A stretch of DNA of 64,000 nt from Syntrophaceae bacterium (GTDB lineage: Bacteria > Desulfobacterota > Syntrophia > Syntrophales > PHBD01). Below are positions 51,597-60,910 of the stretch, piece after piece. Position numbers and translations under genes: made by a program. The number at the start of each line of letters is the position of its first letter. The stretch's first letter is position 1. The DNA is taken from the NCBI GenBank assembly GCA_013177825.1, contig JABLXX010000004.1:101990-165989 (forward strand), given 5' to 3'. The notes beneath the pieces are model-generated. The model did not search any database, was not told the origin of the DNA, and saw only the letters and a list, made by a program, of their open reading frames with translations.

Positions 51597-52433
51597 TTGT
51601 ATGCAGTAGTGGCAGCAAAGCAGTTGTCCGAGGCGGTGTTCCGGATGGACATCCTGGCGCCGGAGATCGCCCGGAAGCGGAAGGCCGGCCAGTTCGTGAT
51701 CCTCAAGATCGACGAGAAGGGGGAGCGGATTCCGCTGACCATTGTCGATTCGGATCCGGTCCGGGGGACGATCACGATCATCTACCAGGTCGTGGGGAAA
51801 ACGACGGCGGCCATGTCCGCCCTGAAGGAGGGCGATGCCTTTCAGGACGTCCAGGGCCCCCTGGGAAATCCCACGGAGATTGAAGTCTTCGGCCACGCCG
51901 TCTGCGTTGGGGGAGGCGTCGGCGTGGGCGTTATTTATCCCATCACGAAGGCTCTCAAGGAGAAAGGGAACCGGGTGACCTCCATCATCGGTGCCCGGAC
52001 GAAGGACTTGATCATTCTTGAGAGCGAGATGCGGGCTGCCAGCGATGAACTCGTGGTCTGTACGGATGACGGCAGCTACGGGTTCAACGGATTTGTCAGC
52101 GCCGTCCTGCAGCAGATCATTGATCGCGGCGAGAAGATCGATCACGTCTTTGCCATCGGCCCGGTGCCCATGATGAGGGTGATCGCCAACCTCACACGGC
52201 CTTATGCGATTCCAACCACCGTCAGCCTCAATCCCATCATGGTGGATGCCACGGGAATGTGCGGAGCCTGCCGGGTGGAGGTCGGGGGCAAAACGAAATT
52301 CACGTGTGTCGACGGCCCGGAATTCGATGGGCACCAGGTGAACTTCGACCTTCTGGCAAGCCGCCTCCGGATGTACTGCGAAGAAGAAAAGCAGTCCTAC
52401 GAAAAACACAGGTGCGGGTGGAATGGAAACTGA
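51597..52433 (+). CDS. nfnA: NADH-dependent ferredoxin:NADP+ oxidoreductase small subunit (NfnA / SudB / PyrK-like)
   Basis: 3' part of ORF 51384..52433. TTG 51597 lies 7 nt after AAGGGGGAA. GQFVILKIDEKGERIPLT, DATGMCGACRVEVGGKTKFTCVDGPEF [2Fe-2S] motif. Confidence 0.75.
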   Translation: MYAVVAAKQLSEAVFRMDILAPEIARKRKAGQFVILKIDEKGERIPLTIVDSDPVRGTITIIYQVVGKTTAAMSALKEGDAFQDVQGPLGNPTEIEVFGHAVCVGGGVGVGVIYPITKALKEKGNRVTSIIGARTKDLIILESEMRAASDELVVCTDDGSYGFNGFVSAVLQQIIDRGEKIDHVFAIGPVPMMRVIANLTRPYAIPTTVSLNPIMVDATGMCGACRVEVGGKTKFTCVDGPEFDGHQVNFDLLASRLRMYCEEEKQSYEKHRCGWNGN

Positions 52434-53841
52434 ACCGAAGAAAGAAAAGAAAGAGAAGGTTCCCCGGCAGAAGATGCCGGAGCAGGCACCGCAGGAAAGA
52501 ATTGCCAATTTTAACGAGGTTCCTCTGGGCTATTCGCCCGAAACGGCGATCCTCGAGGCGAAGCGCTGCATCCAGTGCAAGAAGCCGGGGTGCATCGAAG
52601 GATGTCCGGTCGATGTGCGGATTCCCGAGTTCATCAAACGGATCGCCGAAGGAGATTTCCTGGGTGCCGCCCGCAAGCTGAAAGAGACGAACGGCCTGCC
52701 CGCCGTCTGTGGGAGGGTCTGTCCCCAGGAGGACCAGTGCGAGAAGTTCTGTATCCTGGGGAAAAAAGGCGAGCCGGTGGCCATTGGCCGTCTCGAACGG
52801 TTTGCCGCCGATTACGAGCGGGACACGAACCAGGTGGTTGTTCCGGAAAAGCCGGCTCCGAACGGCAAGAAGATCGCCGTCGTGGGAGCGGGCCCTTCCG
52901 GACTGACCATCGCCGGGGACCTGGTGAAGCTGGGCTACGAGGTGACTATTTTCGAGGCCCTCCATAAGGCGGGCGGCGTCCTGGTGTACGGAATTCCCGA
53001 GTTCCGGCTTCCCAAAGCCATCGTGGAGGCGGAAGTGGACTACCTCCGCGGATTGGGGGTCAAGATCGTCCTGAACGCCCTGGTCGGCCGGATCAAGACG
53101 GTGGACGAACTCTTCGAAGAAGGTTATGACGCCGTCTACCTCGCCGTCGGGGCCGGCGCCCCGGTTTTCATGAACATCCCCGGCGAGAATCTGAACGGCA
53201 TCTATTCGGCCAACGAGTACCTGACCCGCTCGAATCTCATGAAGGCTTACCGGTTTCCCGAGTACGACACGCCCATCGTCCGGGGGAAAAACGTGGCTGT
53301 CGTCGGCGGCGGCAACGTGGCCATGGATTCCGTAAGGACGGCCCTGCGCCTGGGGGCGGATAATGCTTATATCATCTATCGGCGAAGCGAGACGGAGATG
53401 CCCGCCCGGATCGAAGAAGTCCACCACGCCAGGGAAGAGGGCGTGCAGTTCAAGCTGCTTACCAACCCGGTGGAATATCTGGGCGACAAGGACGGCTGGG
53501 TGACGGGGATCCGTTGCCTGCGCATGGAATTGGGTGAACCGGACGCTTCGGGAAGAAGAAGCCCCGTTCCTGTTGTCGGCTCCGAGTTCGTCATCGACGT
53601 CGACACGGTGGTCGTTGCCGTGGGGACCATGGCCAATCCCATTGTGCCTTCCACGACCCCGGGTCTGGAAACGAACCGGTGGGGATACATCGTCACCAAG
53701 GGGGAGTCCGGAGAGACGACGCGGAAAGGCGTCTATGCCGGCGGCGACATCGTTACCGGTTCCGCCACGGTGATTCTGGCCATGGGGGCGGGCCGCAAGG
53801 CGGCCCAGGCGATCGATGCCTATCTGTCAGGGAAGAAGTAG
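52423..53841 (+). CDS. nfnB: NfnB / glutamate synthase small-chain-like NADPH flavoprotein (SudA-like)
   Basis: ORF 52423..53841, overlapping nfnA by 11 nt. RCIQCKKPGCIEGCP, CGRVCPQEDQCEKFC, IAVVGAGPSGLTIAGDL, VAVVGGGNVAMD, VYAGGDIVTG. Confidence 0.85.
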   Translation: METEPKKEKKEKVPRQKMPEQAPQERIANFNEVPLGYSPETAILEAKRCIQCKKPGCIEGCPVDVRIPEFIKRIAEGDFLGAARKLKETNGLPAVCGRVCPQEDQCEKFCILGKKGEPVAIGRLERFAADYERDTNQVVVPEKPAPNGKKIAVVGAGPSGLTIAGDLVKLGYEVTIFEALHKAGGVLVYGIPEFRLPKAIVEAEVDYLRGLGVKIVLNALVGRIKTVDELFEEGYDAVYLAVGAGAPVFMNIPGENLNGIYSANEYLTRSNLMKAYRFPEYDTPIVRGKNVAVVGGGNVAMDSVRTALRLGADNAYIIYRRSETEMPARIEEVHHAREEGVQFKLLTNPVEYLGDKDGWVTGIRCLRMELGEPDASGRRSPVPVVGSEFVIDVDTVVVAVGTMANPIVPSTTPGLETNRWGYIVTKGESGETTRKGVYAGGDIVTGSATVILAMGAGRKAAQAIDAYLSGKK

Positions 53842-53951
53842 AGCCGGCATTTGATACGGGCTGCTCTGCGAGAATGAACAGGGACGTCTGCCGGCACAGC
53901 GAATGATGAAAAGCATGCCCTGACAGAGGCGAAATACAGATGGATGTGGCA

Positions 53952-53986
53952 CAAAAAAAGCGTCTCGAAATGAGACGCTTTTTTTG
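53952..53986. terminator. bidirectional rho-independent terminator (convergent nfnB / atpB)
   Basis: AAAAAAA GCGTCTC gaaat GAGACGC TTTTTTT, a perfect stem with A- and T-runs on either side. Confidence 0.8.
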
Positions 53987-54019
53987 TCTATGGGATGATG
54001 CTTTTGCGTTCTTATCGGA

Positions 54020-54676
54020 TCAATGGTGCTCTTCCATGGCCCCGGCGATGTACATCATGGACAGAAGCATGAAGACAAGTGTCTGGATGAAGGAAATCAG
54101 CACTTTCAGAATGAGGATGGGCAGCGGAATCAGCAGCGGAACCAGGATCAGCAGGACGATGATCACGATGTGTCCGCCTTCGATGTTTCCGAAGAGCCGC
54201 ACGGAAAGGGACAGCGGGCGCGACAGGTGGCTGATGAGCTCGATGGGAAGCATCAGCGGGATGAGCCACCAGACCGGTCCGAGGAACTGCTTGAAATACT
54301 TGAGACCCTGCACCTGGACGCCCACAACGTGGGTCAGTACGAAAACGATGAGTGCCATGGCGATCGTCATGTTAAGGCTCGATGTTGGCGAGATAAATCC
54401 GGGAACAAGGCCGAGGAGGTTCGAAACGAGAATGAAGAGTCCCAGTGTCGCGATCAGGGGAAAGAACCGTTTGCCCTGCTCCCCCATTGTATCAACGAGC
54501 AGGGAATCGAGGGCTCCCACGATGACCTCCATGACGTTCTGAAAACGCCCCGGATAAACGGACAGTCCGCGCGTGGCCAGAAATCCGCAGAGGGCCAGAA
54601 GCACCATGATCAGCCATGTGTGCGCGACATGGTTGGCAACGCCGGGAATGTGGACAAAGAGAAATTCACCGTGCAT
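54020..54676 (-). CDS. atpB: F0F1 ATP synthase subunit a
   Basis: ORF 54020..54676, 218 aa. Polytopic, with the conserved [11 protein letters not shown] (essential Arg) segment. Confidence 0.9.
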   Translation of the reverse strand: MHGEFLFVHIPGVANHVAHTWLIMVLLALCGFLATRGLSVYPGRFQNVMEVIVGALDSLLVDTMGEQGKRFFPLIATLGLFILVSNLLGLVPGFISPTSSLNMTIAMALIVFVLTHVVGVQVQGLKYFKQFLGPVWWLIPLMLPIELISHLSRPLSLSVRLFGNIEGGHIVIIVLLILVPLLIPLPILILKVLISFIQTLVFMLLSMMYIAGAMEEHH

Positions 54677-54679
54677 GTT

Positions 54680-55075
54680 TTATAAAACCTCCTCAACGCG
54701 ATTTTTTTTTGAGAATACCAGAACTGCTGTCAGCACGATGTTCATGACCACCACGGAGAGACCGACAAGCAGGCCGATGATATCCACAAGGGACTGGCTG
54801 ATCAGGATGTACAGCACGACTGCCGTAACGGCCAGACGCAGGTAATATTTCAGCAGGAGGGCGGACTTCGCCTTTCCCGTAAGATTGGAAAATATCCCCC
54901 TCAGGTCCCGGTCCAGCCAGTGGAAATTGATGATGCTGATGAACCCGCCGAGAAGAATTCCGTAGGTAAACGAAGAAGACAGCAGCAAGGCGCTGACGAC
55001 CAGGCAAACGGCCAGAACGAGCCAGTTGGTGATTTCAAGTCTTGCCTGGAGAGGGTCTTTTTCGATGCGGTTCAC
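54680..55075 (-). CDS. atpI: ATP synthase subunit I (AtpI-like small membrane protein)
   Basis: ORF 54680..55075, 131 aa, four hydrophobic segments, immediately upstream of atpB. Confidence 0.65.
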   Translation of the reverse strand: MNRIEKDPLQARLEITNWLVLAVCLVVSALLLSSSFTYGILLGGFISIINFHWLDRDLRGIFSNLTGKAKSALLLKYYLRLAVTAVVLYILISQSLVDIIGLLVGLSVVVMNIVLTAVLVFSKKNRVEEVL

Positions 55076-55349
55076 TTTTTATGTACCGGATGATGGGTTC
55101 ATCATCCTGCGCGCTTTTCTGAATTACCAGGTAGATGTTCCGGAATCCGACGATTACCCCGATCGCCAGAAACAGGAACATGAAGTAATGATGCCCTGTT
55201 TCCAGTCTCCGGTCCAGCCAGGCTCCGAAATAGAGCCCTCCGAAAATGGTCAGCACCATGGCAATGCCGACGGTGCTTGCATAGGCCAACTGAATCAGGG
55301 ACTGTCTGTCTGATCTATCCCATTTCATCGCGCCCCCTATCATGGCCAC
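55035..55349 (-). CDS. atpZ: AtpZ/AtpR-type small membrane protein of ATP synthase operons
   Basis: ORF 55035..55349 (later in-frame ATG at 55328). Two TM helices with the GGLYFGAWLDRRL motif. Overlaps the atpI start by 41 nt. Confidence 0.6.
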   Translation of the reverse strand: MAMIGGAMKWDRSDRQSLIQLAYASTVGIAMVLTIFGGLYFGAWLDRRLETGHHYFMFLFLAIGVIVGFRNIYLVIQKSAQDDEPIIRYIKSEPHRKRPSPGKT

Positions 55350-55559
55350 CGGGGAATGTCAACGAAAAAAAGGTCGATGATTTAAGCTGTCATTTCAGTA
55401 GGATATGAGCGAAAAACAGGGGGCTGGAAAGCCCTTCCGCCGGTCGTTTCGCCTTGCCTGCATCACGGCGGTATGATATTGACGTTTTCCAGTCATGGTG
55501 TAACGAAAACAACCAACATTTTGGAGTAGGGAAAGACCCGCAGCGGGAGGTTATCCAGG

Positions 55560-55880
55560 ATGACTCTGCTCATTGGCGGCGCGATTGCGACCGTATTCGG
55601 TCTTATCGGCATCATGTTCTGGGGACATCAGTTTCTTGTCATCGTCCAGGGCGGGTTGCCGATTGCCCTGATCATGGGCGGAATTCTCGCCATGTACGTC
55701 GGATTTGACGACATCCAGGACAAGATCCGGGAAGACCGCCACAAACACGAGGAAAAACTGGACAAGGCCCGTGAAGAGATCGAACTGGCCAAGGCAAAGG
55801 CCGAACAGTACAAGGAAGAAGTAGAGCGGCTGCGCCGTGAGGTAAGCCACCAGAATCAATCCCGAACAAATAATACTTGA
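55560..55880 (+). CDS. hypothetical small membrane protein with C-terminal charged coiled-coil
   Basis: ORF 55560..55880, RBS GGGAGG. Two TM helices, then KIREDRHKHEEKLDKAREEIELAKAKAEQYKEEVERLRREV. Confidence 0.55.
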   Translation: MTLLIGGAIATVFGLIGIMFWGHQFLVIVQGGLPIALIMGGILAMYVGFDDIQDKIREDRHKHEEKLDKAREEIELAKAKAEQYKEEVERLRREVSHQNQSRTNNT

Positions 55881-56319
55881 CAGCGATACATCGATCCCAT
55901 AGGAGTGAAACCTCATTTTTTGTGATCGAGGAAACGGTCGTGATTCCGGACACCATGCCCCGAGCATCCATGAGTATTCTTCTCGTCCAGCCCTATATGT
56001 ATTGATGCCTGCTTCTCGCCGACCGGCGGGAAAGCAGGCTTCCTCCAGATTTTTTGTCCGTCCCTATCATCCCCGTCAGTAAAAAAGCCCTAAAGCGGGA
56101 AATTATGATTCTATGATGTTTTATGACATCCAGGCTCGATATTATTTCTGTTCTTCATGCTACGCCTACCGACGGCCTGTCTGGTCGTTCATCGGGCGGG
56201 CAGACAGGCCATTCATGAGTGGAGACGGCACCCATGGTATGGGTCCCGGGAATCCTGAAACTGCTGCATCCGGCTGACATGCCGGCAATTCATTCATCAT
56301 CATAAAAAGGAGAACAAAC

Positions 56320-57345
56320 ATGAAAAGAATCGTCTGGATCGCACTGGCAGTCCTGCTGCTGGGGGTAGGCTCCGGCATTCCCGCCGCTTGGGCGGGACCA
56401 ACCCAATTGACGTACAGCATCTTTTTCCCGCCGAACCACGGTCAGAAAAAGGCGGCCGACGCATGGGCCAAGGAAGTGGAGCGCCGTACGCAGGATCGGG
56501 TGAGAATCCAGATCTTCGCCGGGGGATCCCTCACCCAGGCGGATCAGTGCTACGACGGCGTCGTCAAGGGGATCTCCGATATGTGCATGTCCGCGTTCGC
56601 TTACACCCGTGGACGTTTCCCCGTCATGGAGGCCTTGGATCTTCCTCTCGGGTACCCGAACGGCCGGACCGCCACGAGGGCTGCCAACGATTTTTACCAG
56701 AAGATGAAACCCCGGGAACTGGATCAGGTGAAGGTTCTCTATCTGCATGCCCATGGTCCCGGACTTCTGCATACGGTGAAGCCGGTGCGGTCACTCGAAG
56801 ACCTGAAGGGAATGAAGATCCGTTCGACCGGTCTCAGCGCCAAGGTGATTACGGCTCTGGGGGCCGTTCCTGTGGCCATGCCCCAGGGATCGACCTATGA
56901 GTCCCTGCAGAAGGGTGTTGTGGAAGGGACGATCGGTCCCATTGAAGTCCTCAAGGGATGGAAGCAGGCAGAGGTGATTAAATATACGACGGATTGCCGC
57001 AATATCGGATATACAACGGCCATGTACGTTGTTATGAACCTCAAGAAGTGGAATTCTCTGCCGGCAGATGTCCGCAAGGCATTCGAGGATGTCAGCGCCG
57101 AATGGATCGATGTCCACGGCAAGGCCTGGGACGACCTTGATGCGGAAGGCAGGGCTTTCAGTCTCGGACTGGGTAACAAGATCATTCCGCTGTCGAAGGG
57201 GCAGAGCCTACGGTGGCGGAAAGCCGTCAATCCCGTGATCGACGAATACGTGAAAACGGTCAAAACGAACGGCGTGTCGGGAAAGAGTGTGGTCCAGGAA
57301 GCGGAACTCCTGATCAAGAAAGCGGGCCGTTCGGGGAAAAAATAG
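56320..57345 (+). CDS. dctP: TRAP transporter solute-binding protein (DctP family)
   Basis: ORF 56320..57345, RBS AAAGGAGAA. Signal peptide. Followed by Q and M subunits. Confidence 0.8.
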   Translation: MKRIVWIALAVLLLGVGSGIPAAWAGPTQLTYSIFFPPNHGQKKAADAWAKEVERRTQDRVRIQIFAGGSLTQADQCYDGVVKGISDMCMSAFAYTRGRFPVMEALDLPLGYPNGRTATRAANDFYQKMKPRELDQVKVLYLHAHGPGLLHTVKPVRSLEDLKGMKIRSTGLSAKVITALGAVPVAMPQGSTYESLQKGVVEGTIGPIEVLKGWKQAEVIKYTTDCRNIGYTTAMYVVMNLKKWNSLPADVRKAFEDVSAEWIDVHGKAWDDLDAEGRAFSLGLGNKIIPLSKGQSLRWRKAVNPVIDEYVKTVKTNGVSGKSVVQEAELLIKKAGRSGKK

Positions 57346-57381
57346 CGGAGCAGGCGGACCGGCACCACGGAGGGAAAAGGC

Positions 57382-57864
57382 ATGCCCTGGAGAAGGGGAT
57401 ATCTGAAGACGATCGGCTATGCGAACGGCATTGCCTGTGCGGGCATTGTGGCCATGATGCTCCTGACCTGCGCGGATGTGATCCTTCGCCTTGTCCGTTC
57501 TCCCATCCCCGGGACCTATGAGATCGTCGGCTTTCTGGGAACGGTCGTTGCGGCGTTCGCCATGGGTCAGACATCCATTGACAAGGGGCACATTGCCGTG
57601 GAGTTTTTTACTTCCATGCTGCCGGTCCGCTGGCAGTTGTACATCGAAGGCCTGGAGGCCTCGGTCGGCGCCGTTCTTTTCGGGCTTCTGGCCTGGCAAA
57701 GTGCTGTCTATGCCCGGGATCTGCAGGCCAGCGGCGAAGTGTCCCTGACCCTGGCCATGCCGATTTCACCGTTTGCCTGGGGAATCGCCGTCGGCTGCGC
57801 TCTTCTCGTCTGCGTGTTACTGGTCGATTTCGTTCGCTTTGCCAGAAGGGTGGTGTCGTCGTGA
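57382..57864 (+). CDS. dctQ: TRAP transporter small permease (DctQ family)
   Basis: ORF 57382..57864, 160 aa, four TM segments, overlapping the large permease start. Confidence 0.8.
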   Translation: MPWRRGYLKTIGYANGIACAGIVAMMLLTCADVILRLVRSPIPGTYEIVGFLGTVVAAFAMGQTSIDKGHIAVEFFTSMLPVRWQLYIEGLEASVGAVLFGLLAWQSAVYARDLQASGEVSLTLAMPISPFAWGIAVGCALLVCVLLVDFVRFARRVVSS

Positions 57865-59162
57865 CGCCGATCGCCACCGGCATCGCCGGATTCGTCCTGC
57901 TTGTTGTGTTGATGTTTCTCCGGATCCCCGTCGGGTTCACGATGGCCCTTGTGGGCTTCGTCGGCTTCGGAGTCCTGGTTTCCTGGGATGCGGCGCTGGG
58001 TCTCATGGCCCGGGACGTCTTTTCCGTCTTCAGTTCCTACAACCTGACGGTCATTCCCCTGTTCGTACTCATGGGCCAGGTGGCCTTTCACTCGGGAATC
58101 AGCGGGCGTCTGTTCAATGCCGCCCACCTGTTTCTCGGGCATTTGCGGGGTGGGCTGGCAATTGCCACCATCGGCGCCTGTGCCGCCTTTTCGGCCATTT
58201 GCGGTTCAACGAGCGCCACGGCGGCGACCATGGCATCCGTGGCCCTTCCGGAGATGAAGAAGCGCGGGTATGATCCGGCTCTGGCAACCGGCGTCGTGGC
58301 GGCGGGGGGAAGCCTGGGCATCCTGATCCCGCCCAGTACGATCTTCATCATCTACGGGGTGATGACGGAGCAGTCCATCGGGAAGCTCTTCATGGCAGGC
58401 GTTCTGCCGGGAATCCTCCTTTCGCTCCTTTTCGTGCTGGCGGTAGTGATCTGGGTCGCCTTGCGGCCGGATCTCTGCCAGAAGGACAACCGGGCTCCAT
58501 TTCGCGCGATGATCGCCTCGCTGGCCGGCGTGATTGAAACGCTGGTCCTGTTTTTCATGGTCATGGGCGGCCTGTTCGTCGGCATCTTCACACCCACGGA
58601 AGCGGCCGGCATCGGCTCCCTGGGAACGATCCTCATCGCCGTGGTCGGGAAAAACATCACATGGCGAAAATTTGTTCTGTCGTTACAGGAAACGGCCCGG
58701 ATTTCCTGCATGATTATGCTCATCGTGGCGGGGGCCACCGTCTTCGGCCATTTCCTGGCTGTGACGACCATTCCCTCGGAGGTCGGCGGCTGGGTGGCGG
58801 GCGTTGCTCTTCCTCCGCCCCTGATCATGGGCCTCATCATCCTGACCTATCTCCTGCTGGGGTGCCTGATGGATTCCCTGGCGATGATCATGCTCACCAT
58901 CCCCATCTTCTTTCCCGTGGTCATGACGCTCGGCTACGACCCGATCTGGTTTGGCGTCGTCATCGTTCTGATCACCGGCATGGGTGTCATCACACCGCCG
59001 GTCGGTATCAACGTCTATGTCGTGGCCGGTGTGGCCAAGGATGTGCCCCTGCAGGTCATCTTCAGGGGGGCGACGCGGTTTCTCCTGGCGCAACTGGTCA
59101 TGGCGATCCTGCTGATTCTGTTTCCCTCCATTGCCCTGTGGCTTCCAGGTTTAACACAGTGA
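57861..59162 (+). CDS. dctM: TRAP transporter large permease (DctM family)
   Basis: ORF 57861..59162 (GTG overlapping the dctQ stop), 433 aa polytopic protein. Confidence 0.85.
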   Translation: MTPIATGIAGFVLLVVLMFLRIPVGFTMALVGFVGFGVLVSWDAALGLMARDVFSVFSSYNLTVIPLFVLMGQVAFHSGISGRLFNAAHLFLGHLRGGLAIATIGACAAFSAICGSTSATAATMASVALPEMKKRGYDPALATGVVAAGGSLGILIPPSTIFIIYGVMTEQSIGKLFMAGVLPGILLSLLFVLAVVIWVALRPDLCQKDNRAPFRAMIASLAGVIETLVLFFMVMGGLFVGIFTPTEAAGIGSLGTILIAVVGKNITWRKFVLSLQETARISCMIMLIVAGATVFGHFLAVTTIPSEVGGWVAGVALPPPLIMGLIILTYLLLGCLMDSLAMIMLTIPIFFPVVMTLGYDPIWFGVVIVLITGMGVITPPVGINVYVVAGVAKDVPLQVIFRGATRFLLAQLVMAILLILFPSIALWLPGLTQ

Positions 59163-59165
59163 CCC

Positions 59166-59204
59166 AAAAAACGGGGGAGACCATTCGGACTCCCCCGTGT
59201 GTTT
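59166..59204. terminator. bidirectional terminator (convergent dctM / CoA-transferase)
   Basis: AAAAAA ACGGGGGAG accattcgga CTCCCCCGT GTGTGTTT. The 9-bp perfect stem is at 59171-59179 / 59190-59198. Confidence 0.65.
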
Positions 59205-59252
59205 CCCGGCTACCATCATTCCCATGGAGAGGATTTGTCTCTCCAAGCCGGA

Positions 59253-60584
59253 TCAGAAGGTCTTCTTCTTGATCAGGCCCCGCTCCCTGCCGGCTTTTTC
59301 CAGTTCCTCCCGGAATTTCGGATGGGCGATCTTGATAAGTTCCTCCGCCCGCTCCGGTTCCGACCGCCCATACAGGTCCGCCGCCCCGTATTCCGTGACA
59401 ACATAGCCCGCGTAATGCCGCGGTACGGTGACCCGTGCGCCCCAGGAAATGTAAGGAACGATTCTGGATACCGTGTCGTTCAGGGTCGTTGACGGTACCA
59501 GGTTGATGGCCCGGCCGCCCTTGGACCAGAAGGAGCCGATGACGAAGTCCAACTGGCCGCCCGACCCAGTCCGCATCAGGTTCCCTACGGACTCGGAGAC
59601 GATCTGGCCCGTGAGGTCCACCTCGATGGAGCCATTGATAGCCACGAGATTTTCTTCCTGGGCAAGGGTTGGAATGTAGTTCGCGTAGATCGTCGGCCGG
59701 AACTCTACCATGGGATTGTTTGCCAGGAAGTCGTAGAGTTCCTTGTCACCCATCGTGAAGGCCAGGATGATCTTGCCGGTGTTGACCTTCTTGTACTTGC
59801 CGGTGACGACTCCCTTTTCGACCAGCTTGTGGGTTCCTGCCGGGGCCATCTCCGTGTGGATTCCCATGTCCTTCAGTCCCGAGTGTTCCAGGAGCTTGCT
59901 GATCATGGCCGGAACAGCGCCGATGCCCACCTGGATGCAATCGCGGTCCCGGAGAAGCTTCACGACGTTTTCCGCCATCTTGATTTCCACATCGGAAGGC
60001 GGTGGTGTGGGAACGGCGATGATCGGATTGGGATTGTCCACAAAAGCGGTAAAGCGGCTCACATGGAAGCTTGTCTGCCCGTAGGTCCGGGGCATGTTCG
60101 GGTTCACTTCTCCGATGATCCAGTCGGACTGGTCCATGATCTGTTCGGTGTAGAACGTGTCCAGGCCCAGGTTTACGAAGCCATGCTCGTCCGGCGGGGT
60201 AACCTGGAGAATGATTCCTCCGCGGCGCGGATAAGTGCGCTGGCGATGGATGTTCTTGATGGAGATGTCCGAGCTCTGGGCGGGCCAAAAATTGGACCAT
60301 TCCGTTTTGGCGAGTTCCTGAAGGTGCGGCGTGCTGTAGAATCCGCAAACAAGCTTGAAGGTATCCCGGTATTCCGGCTTGAAGATTTTGTAGGGTCTGA
60401 GGACAAGAGCGAAACAGTACTCCACGTCCTTGAGTTCATCCTTCCGGTCTGCGATGGCGTCCATGATCAGCATGGACGGCTGACCCAGAAGCAAGGGGGT
60501 CCAAAAACGGTCGCCTGATTGAACGATTTTTGCCGCTTCCTGTGCCGACATCAACCTGCTGTTGTAGATATCCTTCCAGCTCAT
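59253..60584 (-). CDS. acetyl-CoA hydrolase/transferase family protein (4-hydroxybutyrate / succinyl-CoA:acetate CoA-transferase-like)
   Basis: 3' part of ORF 59253..60608. ATG 60584 after AAAGGAGGGA. MSWKDIYNSRLMSAQEAAKIVQSGD, SGGQLDFVIG motif. Confidence 0.8.
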   Translation of the reverse strand: MSWKDIYNSRLMSAQEAAKIVQSGDRFWTPLLLGQPSMLIMDAIADRKDELKDVEYCFALVLRPYKIFKPEYRDTFKLVCGFYSTPHLQELAKTEWSNFWPAQSSDISIKNIHRQRTYPRRGGIILQVTPPDEHGFVNLGLDTFYTEQIMDQSDWIIGEVNPNMPRTYGQTSFHVSRFTAFVDNPNPIIAVPTPPPSDVEIKMAENVVKLLRDRDCIQVGIGAVPAMISKLLEHSGLKDMGIHTEMAPAGTHKLVEKGVVTGKYKKVNTGKIILAFTMGDKELYDFLANNPMVEFRPTIYANYIPTLAQEENLVAINGSIEVDLTGQIVSESVGNLMRTGSGGQLDFVIGSFWSKGGRAINLVPSTTLNDTVSRIVPYISWGARVTVPRHYAGYVVTEYGAADLYGRSEPERAEELIKIAHPKFREELEKAGRERGLIKKKTF

Positions 60585-60910
60585 GCGATCCCTCCTTTGC
60601 GGTTTCAAATGATCCTGTATGGATTGGTCTACACTGACGGACTGGACGCTTTCCCCTGGCCGGGTGGCTTTTTCCGTGAGGATCCGCTGCCTTTCTCCAC
60701 CTCCTTCCCGAAGCGATTCATGTCTGGCGGTTTATAATGGATGGAAACTGTTTTCTGATGCGAGACGCAGAATGTGATTAATTGTCTTCATAGCACAGGT
60801 GGTTGCCGGCTGTCCAATTTCAGCCGGCGCGCCGTTCACACGGCGCTTCCCTTTCAGGCGGTTTTATAATAGGGGAAATGACATCTTTCCCATTCATCCG
60901 GAGGAGAACG

